A DNA stretch of 64,000 nucleotides from Mobula hypostoma (Eukaryota), in assembly GCF_963921235.1 (NCBI RefSeq), contig NC_086097.1:158288001-158352000 (forward strand), written 5' to 3'. Below are positions 23,846 through 37,789 of the stretch, piece by piece; position 1 is the first letter of the stretch, and each line of letters opens with the position of its first letter. A program made the position numbers and the translations under genes. The notes below the pieces were generated by a model. The model saw only the letters and a program-made list of their open reading frames with translations, had not been told where the DNA came from and searched no databases.

Positions 23846-25954
23846 AATGATGCAAAGAGTTTTTGTGGGATAGAGATAGGTTAACTGAATGGATGAGAAC
23901 ATGGAAGATAGAATATATTGTGGAGGAAAAAAGCAGAGATTTTTTAAAAATAGTGAGTAATTTGGAAATGTTAGAATTTAAAAAGAATCTAAGTGCTGTT
24001 GAACATGAACTGATAAAACATCAACATGCAGGTACAGCAGGCACCTAGGATGTTATACAGGGTTTCATTGAAAATCTGTTTACTTTAAGAGCAGAGATGT
24101 CTTGTGCCAATTATATATGAATCCAGTGAGACTGCATCTGAAATGCATTCTGACCACCATAGCTGAGGAAGCATAAACTTGTGTGAAACGGTGATTTACC
24201 AAATTGATTCCTGGCTTGAAATCTTTGGAATTATCTACCCATGAGGTGTGTGGTGGCTCAGTTACTAAGTGTATTCAAATAGATTGATAGAGTTCTAAGA
24301 ATTAAGAGATCTCGGGTTGGTGTAGGAAATTTGCATTGAGGTACACGATCATCCATGATCTTACTGAATAAAAGAACAGTCATCAAGAAACATGTGGCCT
24401 GCTCCTCCTTTTCCTGTGCCCATTATCCAGCTTGCCAACCACTGTGTTGAGAAGAACTTCTACTATTCTAATTTACCTGATTTTTCTTGTAACGTCCTAC
24501 CTCTCTGTCATATTTTGTGCCTGATAATCCACAATGTTCTTGTTTCTCCTTTAAACTAATTACTTCTAACTGTGCTTGACTTCACTGTATTGTGCTCAGT
24601 ACTTGGATACTGTCTCTGAACCTTTGTGCCCAGAAACAGGTCAGGGATGCGTCATGCTTTCATCTTAGACTATATTAGCAATGTACTCCATTGAGTCAGC
24701 ATTCTGCTCACTTTATTGATTGTTGCTGCACTATAATAAGAACCATGGAAAATATAGTTAGTTCTTAATCTCTTTTGACTTTCTTCAGCCATTTTGATGC
24801 CTTTGATTCAGTATATATTTTGTTCTTTCCTTCCATGTGTAGCAGCTGAATGGACTATACACCTTACTATACTGAAATTCATCTGCCACTGTTCTGCACT
24901 GTTCTGTTCGAACCTTACCTTGATAGTCCCCACAGTCAAGTGGACTGCCATCCTGACTTTGGTCCTCTTTTTGCCAGTGACTTAAGTGCCACATACAAAT
25001 AAGTTACCTTATATTCATTTGTTTTCCACTTGTGTGACAACTTCATGTCTTTGTTTCATGATACACTGGAAACTTGCACTCTCTTGAGTTTGCTGAAATG
25101 TACATTGGATCTAATAGCCTCCCAAACTTACTTTGACTTGATTTCTAAGTCTTGGTTATAATTTCTGGCTGTGCCTTGAAAGTTGTTAGTAATCAACACA
25201 ATTGCAATACTTTGTGTACTTAATTCTTGATAGCTTCCATTTGTTTCCAATCACAGTGATTAAGTATCAGTAAAATTTATTTCCGTTCTATTGGAGGTAC
25301 AAATAATTTGAATACATTTTGTCTTGAAAAACTTTTCCACGTATAATATTGCGTCCTGAGGCAAGCATGTAATTCAGTCTGTCTTCATTGATGAAGTAAT
25401 CATTTCCAAGTTTGAGTATAATCTGCTGAGAACCAGGTGGCCATTTGCAGCTTGGAGTGTACTTTGAAGGATGTACAGTAAAATACCATTTATTATTTTT
25501 GTGTCACAAAATTCTTATGCAATCACTTTTACGTTACTTATTTATAATACAATATTTTTTAAAAAACTGAAAATTGTTTAATAGATCAGACTACAAGGGG
25601 AGGGAGAGGAATGGAATTAATATTTATAGTTAATGTTGATTCATTAAATTTTCTCTTGCTTAGTTAATCACCAGAGTTGTTTGTTCAGCTCTCCAAAGAC
25701 TTGAGTGGACCATCATTGAACATTTGCGGGAAGTACCCAGGTTTAAACATACAAGGGTTCTGATAATCAAAACTATAAAACCATAGATGATGGCATTCTG
25801 AAATCAAAATGAAAAAGGCTGGGACACTTGACAATTGAGGCAGCACCTAAGGAAATCTGGTAAACAAACCAGGTTCCCATTCCAAATCTTTACAGCAACA
25901 ATCTTTGGTGAGGGCACCACAGTGCCCGGCTGTGTTATCTTTCATATCTCACTG

Positions 25955-26200
25955 TGTGATAGCGCAATAGTGAAACAAATAGAACCGCTGCCTTACAGCT
26001 CCACTGAATTGAGTTCAATTCTGACGTTGGGTACTATGTTTACTTGTTACTGTGGGGATTTTCTCCAGGTGCTCTGACTCTCTCCCATATTCCAAAGACG
26101 TGTGAGGCTAATGGACCACTAATTTGCCTCGAATGTGCAGGTGTATGTATTGGGCGAATCAGCCTCAGAGAAAATATGTGTGGGGAATGTAATTGCTGTG
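25955..26200 (+). mobile_element. tRNA-derived SINE (HE1/V-SINE-like), degenerate
   Basis: B-box-like gagttcaattct and V-domain-like ctccaggtgctctg..ccatattccaaagacg. Confidence 0.65.
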
Positions 26201-27516
26201 TGAGCGAGTATGCACTGAGGAAAAATGACATCATTCCGTGTTGTAAGCAAAAATGGAAGTATGGCGTAGCCTGGGTTCATATGTAAAGAATAGATGGTTC
26301 GTTGCTCTTAGTGTTAGCTAATGATATTTGTAGAACCATACTAAAGCCCAACTCAAATTTTGGGAGGGTGGAGAGAAGGAAGGAGTAGAGGAGAATATTT
26401 GAATAGACAGTTGTTAAAATAAATTTTTCATTGGAAAACTTTAAAAATTGATTTATGTATTCTGTATCAAATCGGGAGTGTTTTATTATCTCAGCCGACA
26501 GACTTACTTAATACCGCACAGTCTTGTTATTTCTGTTACTTGCTGATTCGACCTCAAGGTCATGTGTTTAGATTTCACAGCCCTTTACAAAAAAGGATAT
26601 TAAATGTTCTACTACACTTGTTCCCCATTGATGATCCTGTAAGTTGATATCACCAAAGGGGCTGTGCTAATGTGAATCTCAGCGATTTTCCATCAATGTT
26701 GTAGGCAGCATCTAGGGCTCTAACTTGACTGCTACTTTCACAGCCTAGATCAACACAAAGTTTTGTTTTTTATCTGTTTGAATTATTGATCATTTACTCT
26801 GGGATATTCATAATTTTTATCTAAAATTTTATAAATATTTAGAAACATGTTTTATCTTTGGATTTCAGCCTGTGATCTGCTTTCCGTTGGAAGAGTAATT
26901 CACCTTAATTTCTAAAGGGTCTCACAGTGGAGCAGGGAGCTACTTGGAGCCACTGTCTCTTTGATACTGCTTGCTGGATTGATCTAAAAACAAATCTCAG
27001 GGGTGGCTCCTCTGTGTGAATGTTCTGCTTCGATTGTTTACTTATCTTTCCATGGAGGATGGAGTGGCCTATACTTCAACTGGATGTTTGCAAGTACATC
27101 TTGAAAGTCACTCATCAGTAAAAGAATGACTGGAAAATGTAATTTTGGGGTTCATTTCCACAACCATAATAAAGGTTTGCTGAAAATTTTTGAAAAAGAT
27201 ACTTTCTTATATAACTTTGTGTAATCTACAGCAGAAAATTATTTGCTGCTGTTTTTTAGTGCTTTGAATCGATTTGAATGCAAGAAAAGCTCAGCTCGAT
27301 AAATAAGTGAAAGATGTGACAAGCATTATTAGTGAGGAATAATTCTCTAATATGTTCCATTTCTTGGCTTTGGGCAAACAAATTGATTTGGCCAAGCAGT
27401 TTTGCTCTGAAATGTTAGACAGCTGTTACAACAGGGTGACAAAATTTCTTTTAGTCATGGGTCCTGCTGTGAGCTTGAGTTACACATTGGGTTGGTTGTA
27501 CTTGAGAAGACTCAGA

Positions 27517-30500
27517 GATGGAAGATCAGTGGCCATTGAGTGAGTGGGCCAGTGAAGTAGTGGAGCTTTGAGGCTTTGGCTCGAGAGGCTTCGGCGAGCA
27601 AAGGCTGAGGACGAGCTTGCTCCCAGTGAGGTAAGGCCGGGTAAGTTTCTTTAATTAATTTATTTAACTTAGGAGTTGGTAATGGAGGCAGTAGATAGGG
27701 CAGTCCAGTGCTCCAATTGTAAGATGTGGGAAGTCAGGGACAGCACAATTCTCCCTGATGACTACACCTGCAAAAGGTGCATCCAGCTGCAGCTCCTGTT
27801 AAACTGAGTTAGCGAACTGGAGCTGGAGCTGGATGAACTTCGGATCATTCGGGAGGCAGAGGCGGTAATAGATCAGAGTTTCAGGAGACAGTCACCTCTA
27901 AAAGTCAGGAGACAGGTAACTGGGTGACTGTCAGGAGAGGGAAGGGGAATAGACAGAAAGAGCAGAGCACCCCTGTGGCCATTCCCATCAACAATAAGTA
28001 TACTGTTTTGGATACTGTTGGTGGGGAGGACCTACCAGGGACAAGTTGTAGTGGTCATGTCTCTGGTACCGAGACTGAACTCTCAGCTCAGAGAGGAAGA
28101 AGGGAAAAGAGGAGAGCAGTAGTGATAGGGGATTCGATAGTTAGGGGGACAGATAAGAGGTTCTGTGGGAGAGATTGAGAATCCCGGATGGTCTGTTGCC
28201 TCCCTCATGCCAGTGTCTGCGATATCTCAGATCGAGTTCTCGGTATTCTCAGGAGAGAGGGTGAGCAACCAGATGTTGTGGTCCACGTGGGGACCAATGA
28301 CATAGATAGGAGTAGGGATGAGGTCCTGAAGAAGGAATATAGGGAGTTAGGAAAGAAGTTAAAAAGCAGGACCTCAAGGGTGGTAATCTCGGGATTGCTG
28401 CCTGTGCCACGAGACAGAGAGGGTAGGAACAGGAAGTTATGGCAGATGAATGCATGGCTGAAGAGTTGGTGCAGGGGGCAGGGGTTCAGATTTCTGGATC
28501 ATTGGGATCTCTTCTGGGGAAGGTCTGACCTGTACAAAAAGGACAGGCTGCACCTGAACTGGAAAGGGACCAATATCCTGGTGGGCAGGTTTTATAGAGC
28601 TGTTGGGGAGGGTTTAAACTAGTTTGGCGGAGGGTGTGAATCAGAATGTGAGTGCAGAGATTAGGATAGAAGGACAAGGGCATGGTGCTAGGTGTTCTGA
28701 GTTGGTGAGGAAGGATAGGTAGGGGACAAAACATAAATGTAGCCAGTTAGAGGGCTTGAAATGTGTCTATTTCAATGCTAGGAGTATTAGGAATAAAGGG
28801 GATGAATCTAGAGCATGGATCCGTACGTGGAACTACGATGTTGTGGCCATTACTGAAACTTGGCTGGAGGAAGGGCAGGATTGGCTGATGCAGGTACCGA
28901 GGTTTAGGTGTTTTAAAAGGAATAGGATGGGAGGTAGAAAAGAGGGGGGAGTAGCATCACTGGTCAGGGATAGTATCACGGCTATAGAAAGGGAGGACAC
29001 TGCAGAGGGAGTGTCCACTGAGTCAGTGTGGGTGGAAGTCAGAAATAGGAAGGGATCAATCACTGTGCTGGAAATAGTCTATAGGCCTCCAAATAGGACA
29101 AGGAGCAGATAAGCAGGCAGATTTTAGAATGGTGTAGTTGCAGATATGGGTGATTTCAACTTCCCTCATATTGACTTGCATCTCCTTACTGCAAGGGGGA
29201 TAGATGGGCTGAATTTGTTAGGTGTATTCAAGAAGGATTCCTGACACAGTATGTGGACCGGCTGAGGAGAGGAGAGGCCATACTGGATCCAGTTCTGGGT
29301 AATGAACCTGGTCAGGAGGCAGACATCCTGGTGGGGGAGCATTTTGGTGAAAGTGACCACAACTCCCTTAGCTTCAGCATAGCTATGGAAAAGGATAAAA
29401 ACAGACAAAATGGGAAAGTGCTTAACTGGGAAAGGGCTAACTATGAAGGGATGAGGCAGGAGCTAGTGAGAGTAAATTGGAAACAGATGTTCAAGGGTGA
29501 AAGCACAGAAGTAATGTGGAGGAAGTTTGGGGACCACTTGTGCTGGGTTCAGGATAGGTTTGTCCCACTCAGACAAGGAAAAAATGGGAGGAAAAGGAAA
29601 CTGTGGCTGACGAAACACATGAGGCAACTCGTCAAGAGGAAGAAGGAAGCATATGTTAGATATAAGAAGCAGGAAGCAGGAGGGGCTCATGAGAAATATA
29701 GGGTAGCCAGGAAGTAGTTTAAGAAAGGACGTAGGAGGGCTCAAAGGGGGCATGAGAAGGCCTTGGCATGTAGGATTAAGGAGAACCCCAAGGCATTCTA
29801 TGCGTATGTGGAGAACAGAAGGATGACAAGAATGAATGTGGGGCCGCCAAAGGATAAAGAAGGCAACATGTGCCTGGAGGTGGAGGAGGTTGAATACTTT
29901 GCTTCATTATTCACAAGTGAAAATTATCTTGATCAGGGTGAGGTCGAAATGGAACAGGCCTGTGTGCTGGCCAGTGTGGAGATTAAGGAAGAAGAAGTGT
30001 TGGATCTTCTTAAAAACATCAAGATTGATAAGTCCCCAGGGCCGGACATGATATACCCCAGGTTGCTGTGGGAAGTGAGAGAAGAGATCGCTGGAGCAGT
30101 AGCTATGATCTTTGAATCCTCTTTGGCTGAAGGGGAGGTGCTGGAGGATTGGAGAATGGCAAATGTAGTTCCCTTGTTTAAAAAAGGTAATGGAGAGAAT
30201 CCTGGGAACTATAGACCAGTGAGTCTTATGTTAGTGGTCTCTAAACTATTGCAAAGGATTCTTAAGGATAGGATCTACGAGCATTTGGAGAAGTACAGTC
30301 TACTCAAGGGTAGTCAACATGGCTTTATGAAGAGAAGGTCGTGCCTCACGAGCCTAATTGAGTTTTTTGAAGAGGTAACAAAAGAAATTGATGAGGGTAG
30401 GGCGGTAGATGTGGTCTACATGGATTTTAGCAAGGCATTTGACAAGGTCCCCCATGAGAGACTCATCCAGAAAGTCATGAGGCATGGGATCAGTGGAACC

Positions 30501-31454
30501 TTGGCTGTTTGGATAAAAAAATTGGCTTACAGGAAGAAAGCAGAGGGTAGTAGTGGAAGGAAAGTATTCTGCCTGGAGGTTGGTGACTAGTGGAGTGCCG
30601 CAAGGATTTGCCCTGGGACCCCTGCTCTTTGTGATTTTTATAAATGACCTGGATGAAGAGGCGGAAGGATGGGTGAATAAGTTTGCCGATGACACGAAGA
30701 TTAGAGGAGTTGTGGATGGAGCTGTAGGTTGTCTAAGGTTACAAGAGGATATAGACAGGATACAGAGTTGGGCAGAAAAGTAGCAGATGGAATTAAATCC
30801 GGATAAGTGTGAGGTGATGCATTTCATACCAGAAGGCTGAATACAGGGTTAATAGTCAGTTACTTAAGAGTGTGAACAGATGAACAGAGGGACCTTGGGG
30901 TTCAAATCCATACATCCCTCAAGGTTGCTGCACAGGTTGATAGGATAGTCAAGAAGGCCTATGGGATGCTAGGCTTCATTAATAGGGGGATTGAGTTCAA
31001 GAGTAGAGAGGTCAACTCCACAAATTTCTGGTGAAACCATCCTTCGAGTATTGTGTTCAGTTCTGGTCACCTCATTAGAGGAAGGATGTGGAAGCTATGG
31101 AGAGGGTGCAGAGGAGATTTACCAGGATGTTGCCTGGATTGGAAAACAAGTCTTATGAGGCAAGGTTAGCAGAGCTGGGACTTTTCTCTTTGGAGCGTAG
31201 AAGGATGAGAGGGGACTACAAGATTATGAGAGGCATAGATAGGGTGGATAGCCAATACGTCTTTCCCAGGGCACGAATAGCAAACACCAGGGGGCATATG
31301 TACAAAATTATGGGAGGGAAGTTTAGGGGAGACATCAGGAGTAAGTTTTTTACACAGAGGGCTGTGGGTGCCTGGAATGACTTGCCAGGGATGGTGGTGG
31401 AGGCTAAAACATCAGTGGTACTTAAGAGCCTCTTGGACAGGCACATGGATGAAA
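27517..31454 (+). mobile_element. Near-full-length CR1 LINE: ORF1 (zinc finger/zipper plus SGNH esterase) and ORF2 (APE endonuclease plus RT), inactivated, 3' UTR missing
   Basis: ORF1 from ATG 27682 (CSNC..CKRC; VVIGDSIVRG; HVGTND; DRLHLN) to 28622. ORF2 from ~28756 (YFNARSIRNK, AITETWL, GDFN, SDHN, KSPGPD, GNYRPVSL, DFSKAFDKVPH, KFADDTK) with stops and frameshifts. Confidence 0.96.
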
Positions 31455-32041
31455 GTGCTGTTGTTGCCTTGGTAAGTAAATACATCGCATTTTGCAGGTG
31501 GTAGATACAGCATGCACTTAAAACATGAAGAAAGAAATTGCAGTGATATAGCTCCTTGTGTTGAACAAAGCCACTGGAGAGGTACTGTTTGTAAATATGA
31601 AAAGTAGCCTTTTATTTAATACACCACACACTCACAGATAAGCTGACAGCTTCTTGGAGGGGGAGGAGAGATGGAGGGAGGTAGGGAGAGGAAGAAAAAA
31701 GTCGGCCTGGCCCAGCACTACACAATACACTAAGGATCAAAGACAATTCAGGCTAAAGGCAAAACACAATTCCTTATTTACCATGCTTCCTTTGAACTAC
31801 ATGTAACAGTTTCAAATGCCTGGATCTTCCCACCATCAAACCTCCCTGTTCGCACCTATATTATAAACACCCAAATACACACACGTAATAAATTTATATC
31901 AGCATTGCCTGTTCTCCCAACTAATGTGGTTCATGGTTCTTTGGAACCTACTGTTAAGAGCTGGATTTTAGATTTAATCCACAATTCATATTTGAATCTG
32001 GAGGCTAGTGGCTGAAGTCAGTTATTTACTACTAACCCCAA

Positions 32042-35000
32042 TTGTAGAATCTGCTTGTAAAACCATCCACCACCTGCAAACCATGGCTTCATGTGACCCT
32101 AATTGGGAGGCTAAACAGGTACTACACCTTGCCCGAGGTGATCTGTAGGCTATCGGACGGAAGGAACACTTTACACCTTTTTCTGAGCTATTGCACAGCA
32201 CTGACACTGGAATTTATGGTTGTAAAACTAAAAACACTGGGCAGATGAATCTGCTGATCATTGGCCAGTGTTACCTGTCCAGTATGGACACTGCAACTGA
32301 AGAAGGCAACGGGAAACCACTTCAGTATTCCTCCCTTGTACAATCGTGAACTCAGATCAACTACGGTCTCAGCTCAAAGATGTGAATGGAGGCTTCACCG
32401 AAGGAGCCTCATCCGGTAGAGGATCTCATGTGCCACAGGTGAACCTCGACCGTTATCCAGCGACTGTCGGCAGATTAAAAGCAAAGAAGATCAGACCAGC
32501 AACCTGGACTGTAAGAACCCTTAACCAACCTGGTAAACTAGATAATATCAAACAGGAAATGGAAAGATTAAAAGTCAACATCTTGGGAATGTGCAAGATG
32601 AGGTGGAAAGGAGCTGCTAAAACAAGCTCAGAGGGATATACCATCATTTAATCAGAAGGAGAAATACATGAAAAAGGTGTTGGAATTATGTTAGATGAAG
32701 AACATGCAAAATCAATAAAAGGCTATTGGACAATATCAGATTGAATGTTACTTGTGAAACTACATGCAAAACCTTTTGACGTTTAACATCGTTCAAGTTT
32801 ATGCCCCAATAGCAGACAGCAGTGAAGAAAGCATCGATCAATTTTGAGATGAACTAGAAACAGCATTAAGACAATGTAAAAGCTCCGAAAATACAATTAT
32901 TCAAGGTGACTTCAACACAAAAGTAGGCAAGACCAGGGACGAGGACAATATTGGGCGTTACGGCATAGGTGAGAGAAATGAGAGAAGTGAACGACTAGCT
33001 GCATGGGTCACAGAAAATGATTATATAATTGGTAATACCGTCTTCAAGCAACACCCGAGAAAACTGTGGACATGGAAGAGCCCAGGGGATAACACCAGAA
33101 ACCAGATTGATTACGTGCTTCTAAAGAGAAGGTATAGAAATGCTCTGAAATCATACAAAATATATCCGGGTGCAAACTGCTACAGTGATCACGTACCAAA
33201 AATCAGTGTGATGTACCTGAGACTCAGAAAGCTTAAAAGACCAAGAGTAGAGCCAAACCTAAATTTGGGACTTCTGAGAAAAAACAGTGACATCAAAAAT
33301 GAATTCCAAATAACAGTGAAGAACAAATTCAAGGCTCTAAAAAACATCACTATTATAGAACAGCAGTGGGAAAACCTCAGAGACAGCATAACACAAGCAG
33401 CACAAGAGGTGATTCCCAAACAACAGAAGAAAGCTAAAAAGAAATGGATGACAGAAGAAATTCTGAATCTTATAGAACAAAGAAGAAAATGTAAGGAAAA
33501 CGAAAAAGCCTACGTATCCTTGCATGCACAGATAACAACCAAGTGCAAGGAAGCAAAAGAAAAGTTGCTTAAGGATAAATGTGAGTTAATAGAACAATTG
33601 CAGAAGACCATCAACAGCAAACATATACATGTCGAGATCAAAGAGGTCACGAATCGGAAGAAAAGTGGGGCAACAACGGGATCTATAAAAGCAAAAGACG
33701 GCTCTACAATTATGGGAAAAGGAAAAATAATGCAAAGATGGTCAGTATACATCAAAGACCTATACGACGACAAAGACTGAGAGGACAACTTTGATATTGG
33801 CAATAACAACAAGGGCTCAGCAATACTGAAAGAAGAAGTGAAACATGCTATGAAGAAAATGCGAAAGGGGAAATCATCAGGACTAGATAACATTCTGGTT
33901 GAACTGTATGAAGCGCTGGAAGATTTTGGTGTAGAGAAATTAACAACCTTATTCAATAGAATATACAACAGTGGCAAAGTACCAGAAGATCTTTTAAAGA
34001 TGGTATTCATTGCACTGCCAAAGAAACCAAGTGTAACAGAGTGTGGACAACACAGAACAATTAGTTTAATGAGATACCTCAAAAAAAATTCTACTTGGCA
34101 TCAACATGTTCAGAATAAGAAACAAAATTAAACCAGAGATCAGTGAAGAACAGTATGGCTTTGTCGAAGGCAAGGGAACATCAAATGCTACTTATATTCT
34201 CAGGAATATTATCGAAATGTCAATAGAAGTACAAGAAGACCTATACTTCTGTTTCGTTGACTACACAAAAGCCTTTGACACAGTGAAACACCAAGTCATC
34301 ATGAAAATGCTTAAAGATATTAATATCGACGGAAAAGATCTAAGAATAATCAGGAATCTCTACTGGCAACAAAGTGCAGCAATATGGGTAGACGACGAGA
34401 TTGGTGAATATCAGCCAATAAAGCGAGGAGTCAGACAGGGTTGTGTTCCATCACCAGACCTGTTCTCCCTGTACAGTGAAACATCATGAGAACCATACAA
34501 GACCTACCTGGAATAAGTATAGGAGGATACAACATCAACAACCTCCGCTATGCGGATGATACAGTACTGAGTGCAAACAGTGAAGTAAGTTTACAGAAAC
34601 TAGTATCTACCATCAACACAGAGCGAAAGACTTGGCCTATCCTTAAACAAAAAGAAAACTGAAGTAATGGTAATATCAAAGAAACCTGATATCCCAAACT
34701 GCAGGATTGTAGTGGGAAATGAAATCCTGAAACAAGTTCACAACTTCAAGCACCTTGGATCATGGGTAACATCTGATGGCAAATGCGAAACAGACATAAA
34801 AGCAAGAATAGTAATGGCAAGAACAGCACTTACAGGAATGAGAAACATCCAAACGAACAAGAAAATAGCAATTGACATCCGCTTTAGAACTTCCAGCTGC
34901 TACATTCTTCCTATACTGATGTATGGCTGCGAGTCATGGACCATCACAAATGCAATGGAAAATGAATCAATGCCGCAGAGATGTGGTTCCTCAGAAGAAT

Positions 35001-35330
35001 GCTATGCATATCATATACGGACAGGATAACCAACGAAGAAGTTCTACAGAGAACGAAAGCAAAATGTACATTACTTAAAAAAATCAGAAAACAGCAATCA
35101 AAATTCTTTGGACACATCGTGCGAAGAGAGACATTAGAACATTTAGTTACAACTGGAAAGCTGAAAGGAAAAAGAAGCAGAGGCAGACAGAGAATGAAAA
35201 TGATAGACGGAATAACATCATGGTTAGAAACAGGGGAGGCAACAACTACAATTCGGAGGGTCAGGGACCGTGATGGATGGAGAGACATGATCGCCCACGC
35301 TGAACGGCAAGGCACCTGAATGAATGAATG
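32042..35330 (+). mobile_element. Essentially full-length RTE-clade LINE (single EN+RT ORF, disrupted)
   Basis: TWTVRTL..GKLDNIKQEMERLKVNILG; VQVYAP; GDFN; NQIDY; FVDYTKAFDTV; GVRQGCV.SP.LF; NNLRYADD; YGCESWT; GKRSRGRQR. (TGAA)n tail. TSD ACT(A/G)ACCCCAA (32031-32041, 35331-35341). Confidence 0.95.
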
Positions 35331-35859
35331 ACTGACCCCAAAATACATTGCAGGACTGTAAAATACCTCAAAACACTTTAAAATCAATTATACTTTTAAG
35401 GAATAATGATTCTGTGCTGCAAGAAAAACTGCAGTCAGTTTTTCTCAACAGGATCTGACAAATAATGAGAATTTAACTGGTTAATCTGTAATGTTGGCTG
35501 GGGGGGGAATAAATATTGACAAAGGCACTGACCTTTAGTGCTCTGCTAATAGTACATTAGAATCTTTTAAATTAACTTCTGAGTGCATGCAGAACGTTAA
35601 TGTTATCATTTCAACTGAAAAATGGCAAAGTCCATCAGTATGCCATTGAAGTATCAACCTAGATTATGATCTGGAATTTGATCTTGAATTCACACTCTAT
35701 ACTGGCTGTCAGGAACAGCACTGATGCAAGTGATATTAACATTTTCCGTTGATATTGGGTGTGGCTGAACATTTTGAAAGAAAGCATAGCTGCATGGAAC
35801 ACGTTGCCACAAATGGTAATGGAAGCAGACTTGATAAAGGCCAGGGTGGCATTAGTGCA

Positions 35860-36124
35860 CAGCACAGTAACATAGTGGTTTGTGCGGTTGCTTTACAGCA
35901 CCAGCGATCACGTGCTGAGTTCGATTCCCGTCATTGTCTGCAAGGAGATAGTACGTTCTCCCTGCAGCTATGTGGGTTTCCTCTGGGTGCTCTGGTTTTG
36001 CCCCACATTCCAAAGATGTACAGGTTAGGGTTGTGGGCATGCTGTATTGCTACTGGAAAGATGTACAGGTTAGGGTTAGTAAGTTGTGTGCATGCTGTAT
36101 TGCTACTGGAAGTGCGGCGACACT
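35860..36124 (+). mobile_element. HE1/V-SINE-like SINE with an internal tandem duplication, split by a LINE
   Basis: gagttcgattccc B-box and gggtttcctctgggtgctctggttt..ccacattccaaagatg. A ~45-bp duplication lies in 36012-36110. The SINE continues after 37299. Confidence 0.8.
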
Positions 36125-37299
36125 CTATGCCCACCTGGACAATCCAGCGAGCACTGTGAGGGTCATGTTTTTTGACTTCTGCAGTGTGTTCAACACCATC
36201 CGCCCTGCTCTGCTGGAGGAGAAGCTGACAGCGATGCAGGTGGATGCTTTCCTGGTGTCATGGATTCTTGATTACCTGACTGGCAGACCACAGTATGTGT
36301 GTTTGCAATACTGTGTGTCCGACAGAGTGATCAGCAGCACTGGGGCTCCACAGGGGACTGTCTTGTCTCCCTTTCTCTTCTCCATTTACACCTTGGACTT
36401 CAACTACTGCACAGAGTCTTGTCATCTTCAGAAGTTTTTTGATGACTCTGCCATAGTTGGATGCATCAGCAAGGGAGATGAGGCTGAGTACAGGGCTACG
36501 GTAGGAAACTTTGTCACATGGTGTGAGCAGAATTACCTGCAGCTTAATGTGAAAAAGACTAAGGAGCTGGTGGTAGACCTGAGGCGAGCTAAGGTACCAG
36601 TGACCCCTGTTTCCATCCAGGGGGTCAGTGTGGACATGGTGGAGGATTGCAAATACCTGGGGATACGAATTGACAATAAACTGGACTGGTCAAAGAACTC
36701 TGAGGCTGTCTACAAGAAGGGTCAGAGCTGTCTCTGTTTCCTGAGGAGACTGAGGTCCTTTAACATCTGCCGGACGATGCTGAGGATGTTCTACGAGTCT
36801 GTGGTGGCCAGTGCTATCATGTTTGCTGTTGTGTGCTGGGGCAACAGGCTGAGGGTGGCAGACACCAACAGAATCAACAAACTCATTCTTAAGGCCAGTG
36901 ATGTTGTGGGGATGGAACTGGACTCTCTGACAGTGGTGTCTGAAAAGAGGCTGCTGTCCAAGTTGCATGCCATCTTGGACAATGTCTCCCATCCACTACA
37001 TAATGGACTGGTTGGGCACAGGAGTACATTCAGCCAGAGACTCATTCCACCAAGATGCAGCACAGAGCATCATAGGAAGTCATTCCTGCCTGTGGCCATC
37101 AAACTTTACAACTCCTCCCTTGGATGGTCGGACACCCTGAGCCAATAGGCTGGTCCTGGACTTATTTCCTGGCATAATTTACATATTATTATTTAACTAT
37201 TTATGGTTTTATTACTATTTAATTATTTATGGTGCAACTGTAACGAAAACCAATTTCCCCCGGGATCAATAAAGCATGACTATTACTACTACTACTACT
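36125..37299 (+). mobile_element. Young 5'-truncated Rex1/Babar-type LINE with uninterrupted RT C-terminal half
   Basis: Open frame to 37148 (VRVMFFDF.S.FNTI, GAPQGTVLSPFLF, KFFDDSAIVG, LNVKKTKELVVD, SFLPVAIKLYN). AATAAA followed by a (TAC)n tail. Confidence 0.93.
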
Positions 37300-37789
37300 T
37301 GTGAGCTGCCGCCACCACAATCCTCTCTGATTTGATTTGATTTGATGCAAATGACACATAATAATGTATGCTTTGATGTATATGTGACAAATAAAGCTAA
37401 TCTTTAATGCCTTTAGACAGGCACGTGAACTTCCAGGGAATGGAGTGATATGGATCATGAGAGGAAAAGGCTAGGGGGACGGTTGCTGTGGGTGGGAGAT
37501 TGGAAGGTCTGTTAATTTGCTGGAGAGGTAGGGGAGTAGTAGCTTGGCTGTGTGGGTGGGAGAGAGCAGTACTTGATGGAGGTCATGACTTCAGGCAAGA
37601 AGGACTGGTAGAAGATTGGAGTATTATGATGGAGGTCAATGGAAGGATGAAGACCTTGGATTGATATTGATTGTCATTGGATGTGCCCAGGTGGAATATC
37701 TGTTTGGAGTGGGCATGTGGGCTGGTGGGAGATTCTTATGGTAGATTTTAGTGTGATAGCAGTGTGCTTCCACATGTTGTCAACATTCC

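Larger units (their letters stand above)
20430..24420 (+). mobile_element. Old, fragmented CR1 ORF2 hosting later insertions
   Basis: EN-like piece at ~20440-20620, a GNMLEWIKGWLTD-like piece at ~21905-21965 and a DRLTEW..TW.IEY piece plus 3' end at 23850-24420, all collinear. Confidence 0.6.

Noticed and set aside
31559..31808. TG...CA bounded segment as a solo LTR
   Set aside because: No TSD and no second copy in the window.
35970..36124. N-terminus of the 392-aa ORF
   Set aside because: It is SINE sequence that happens to be in frame with the truncated Rex1-like RT.
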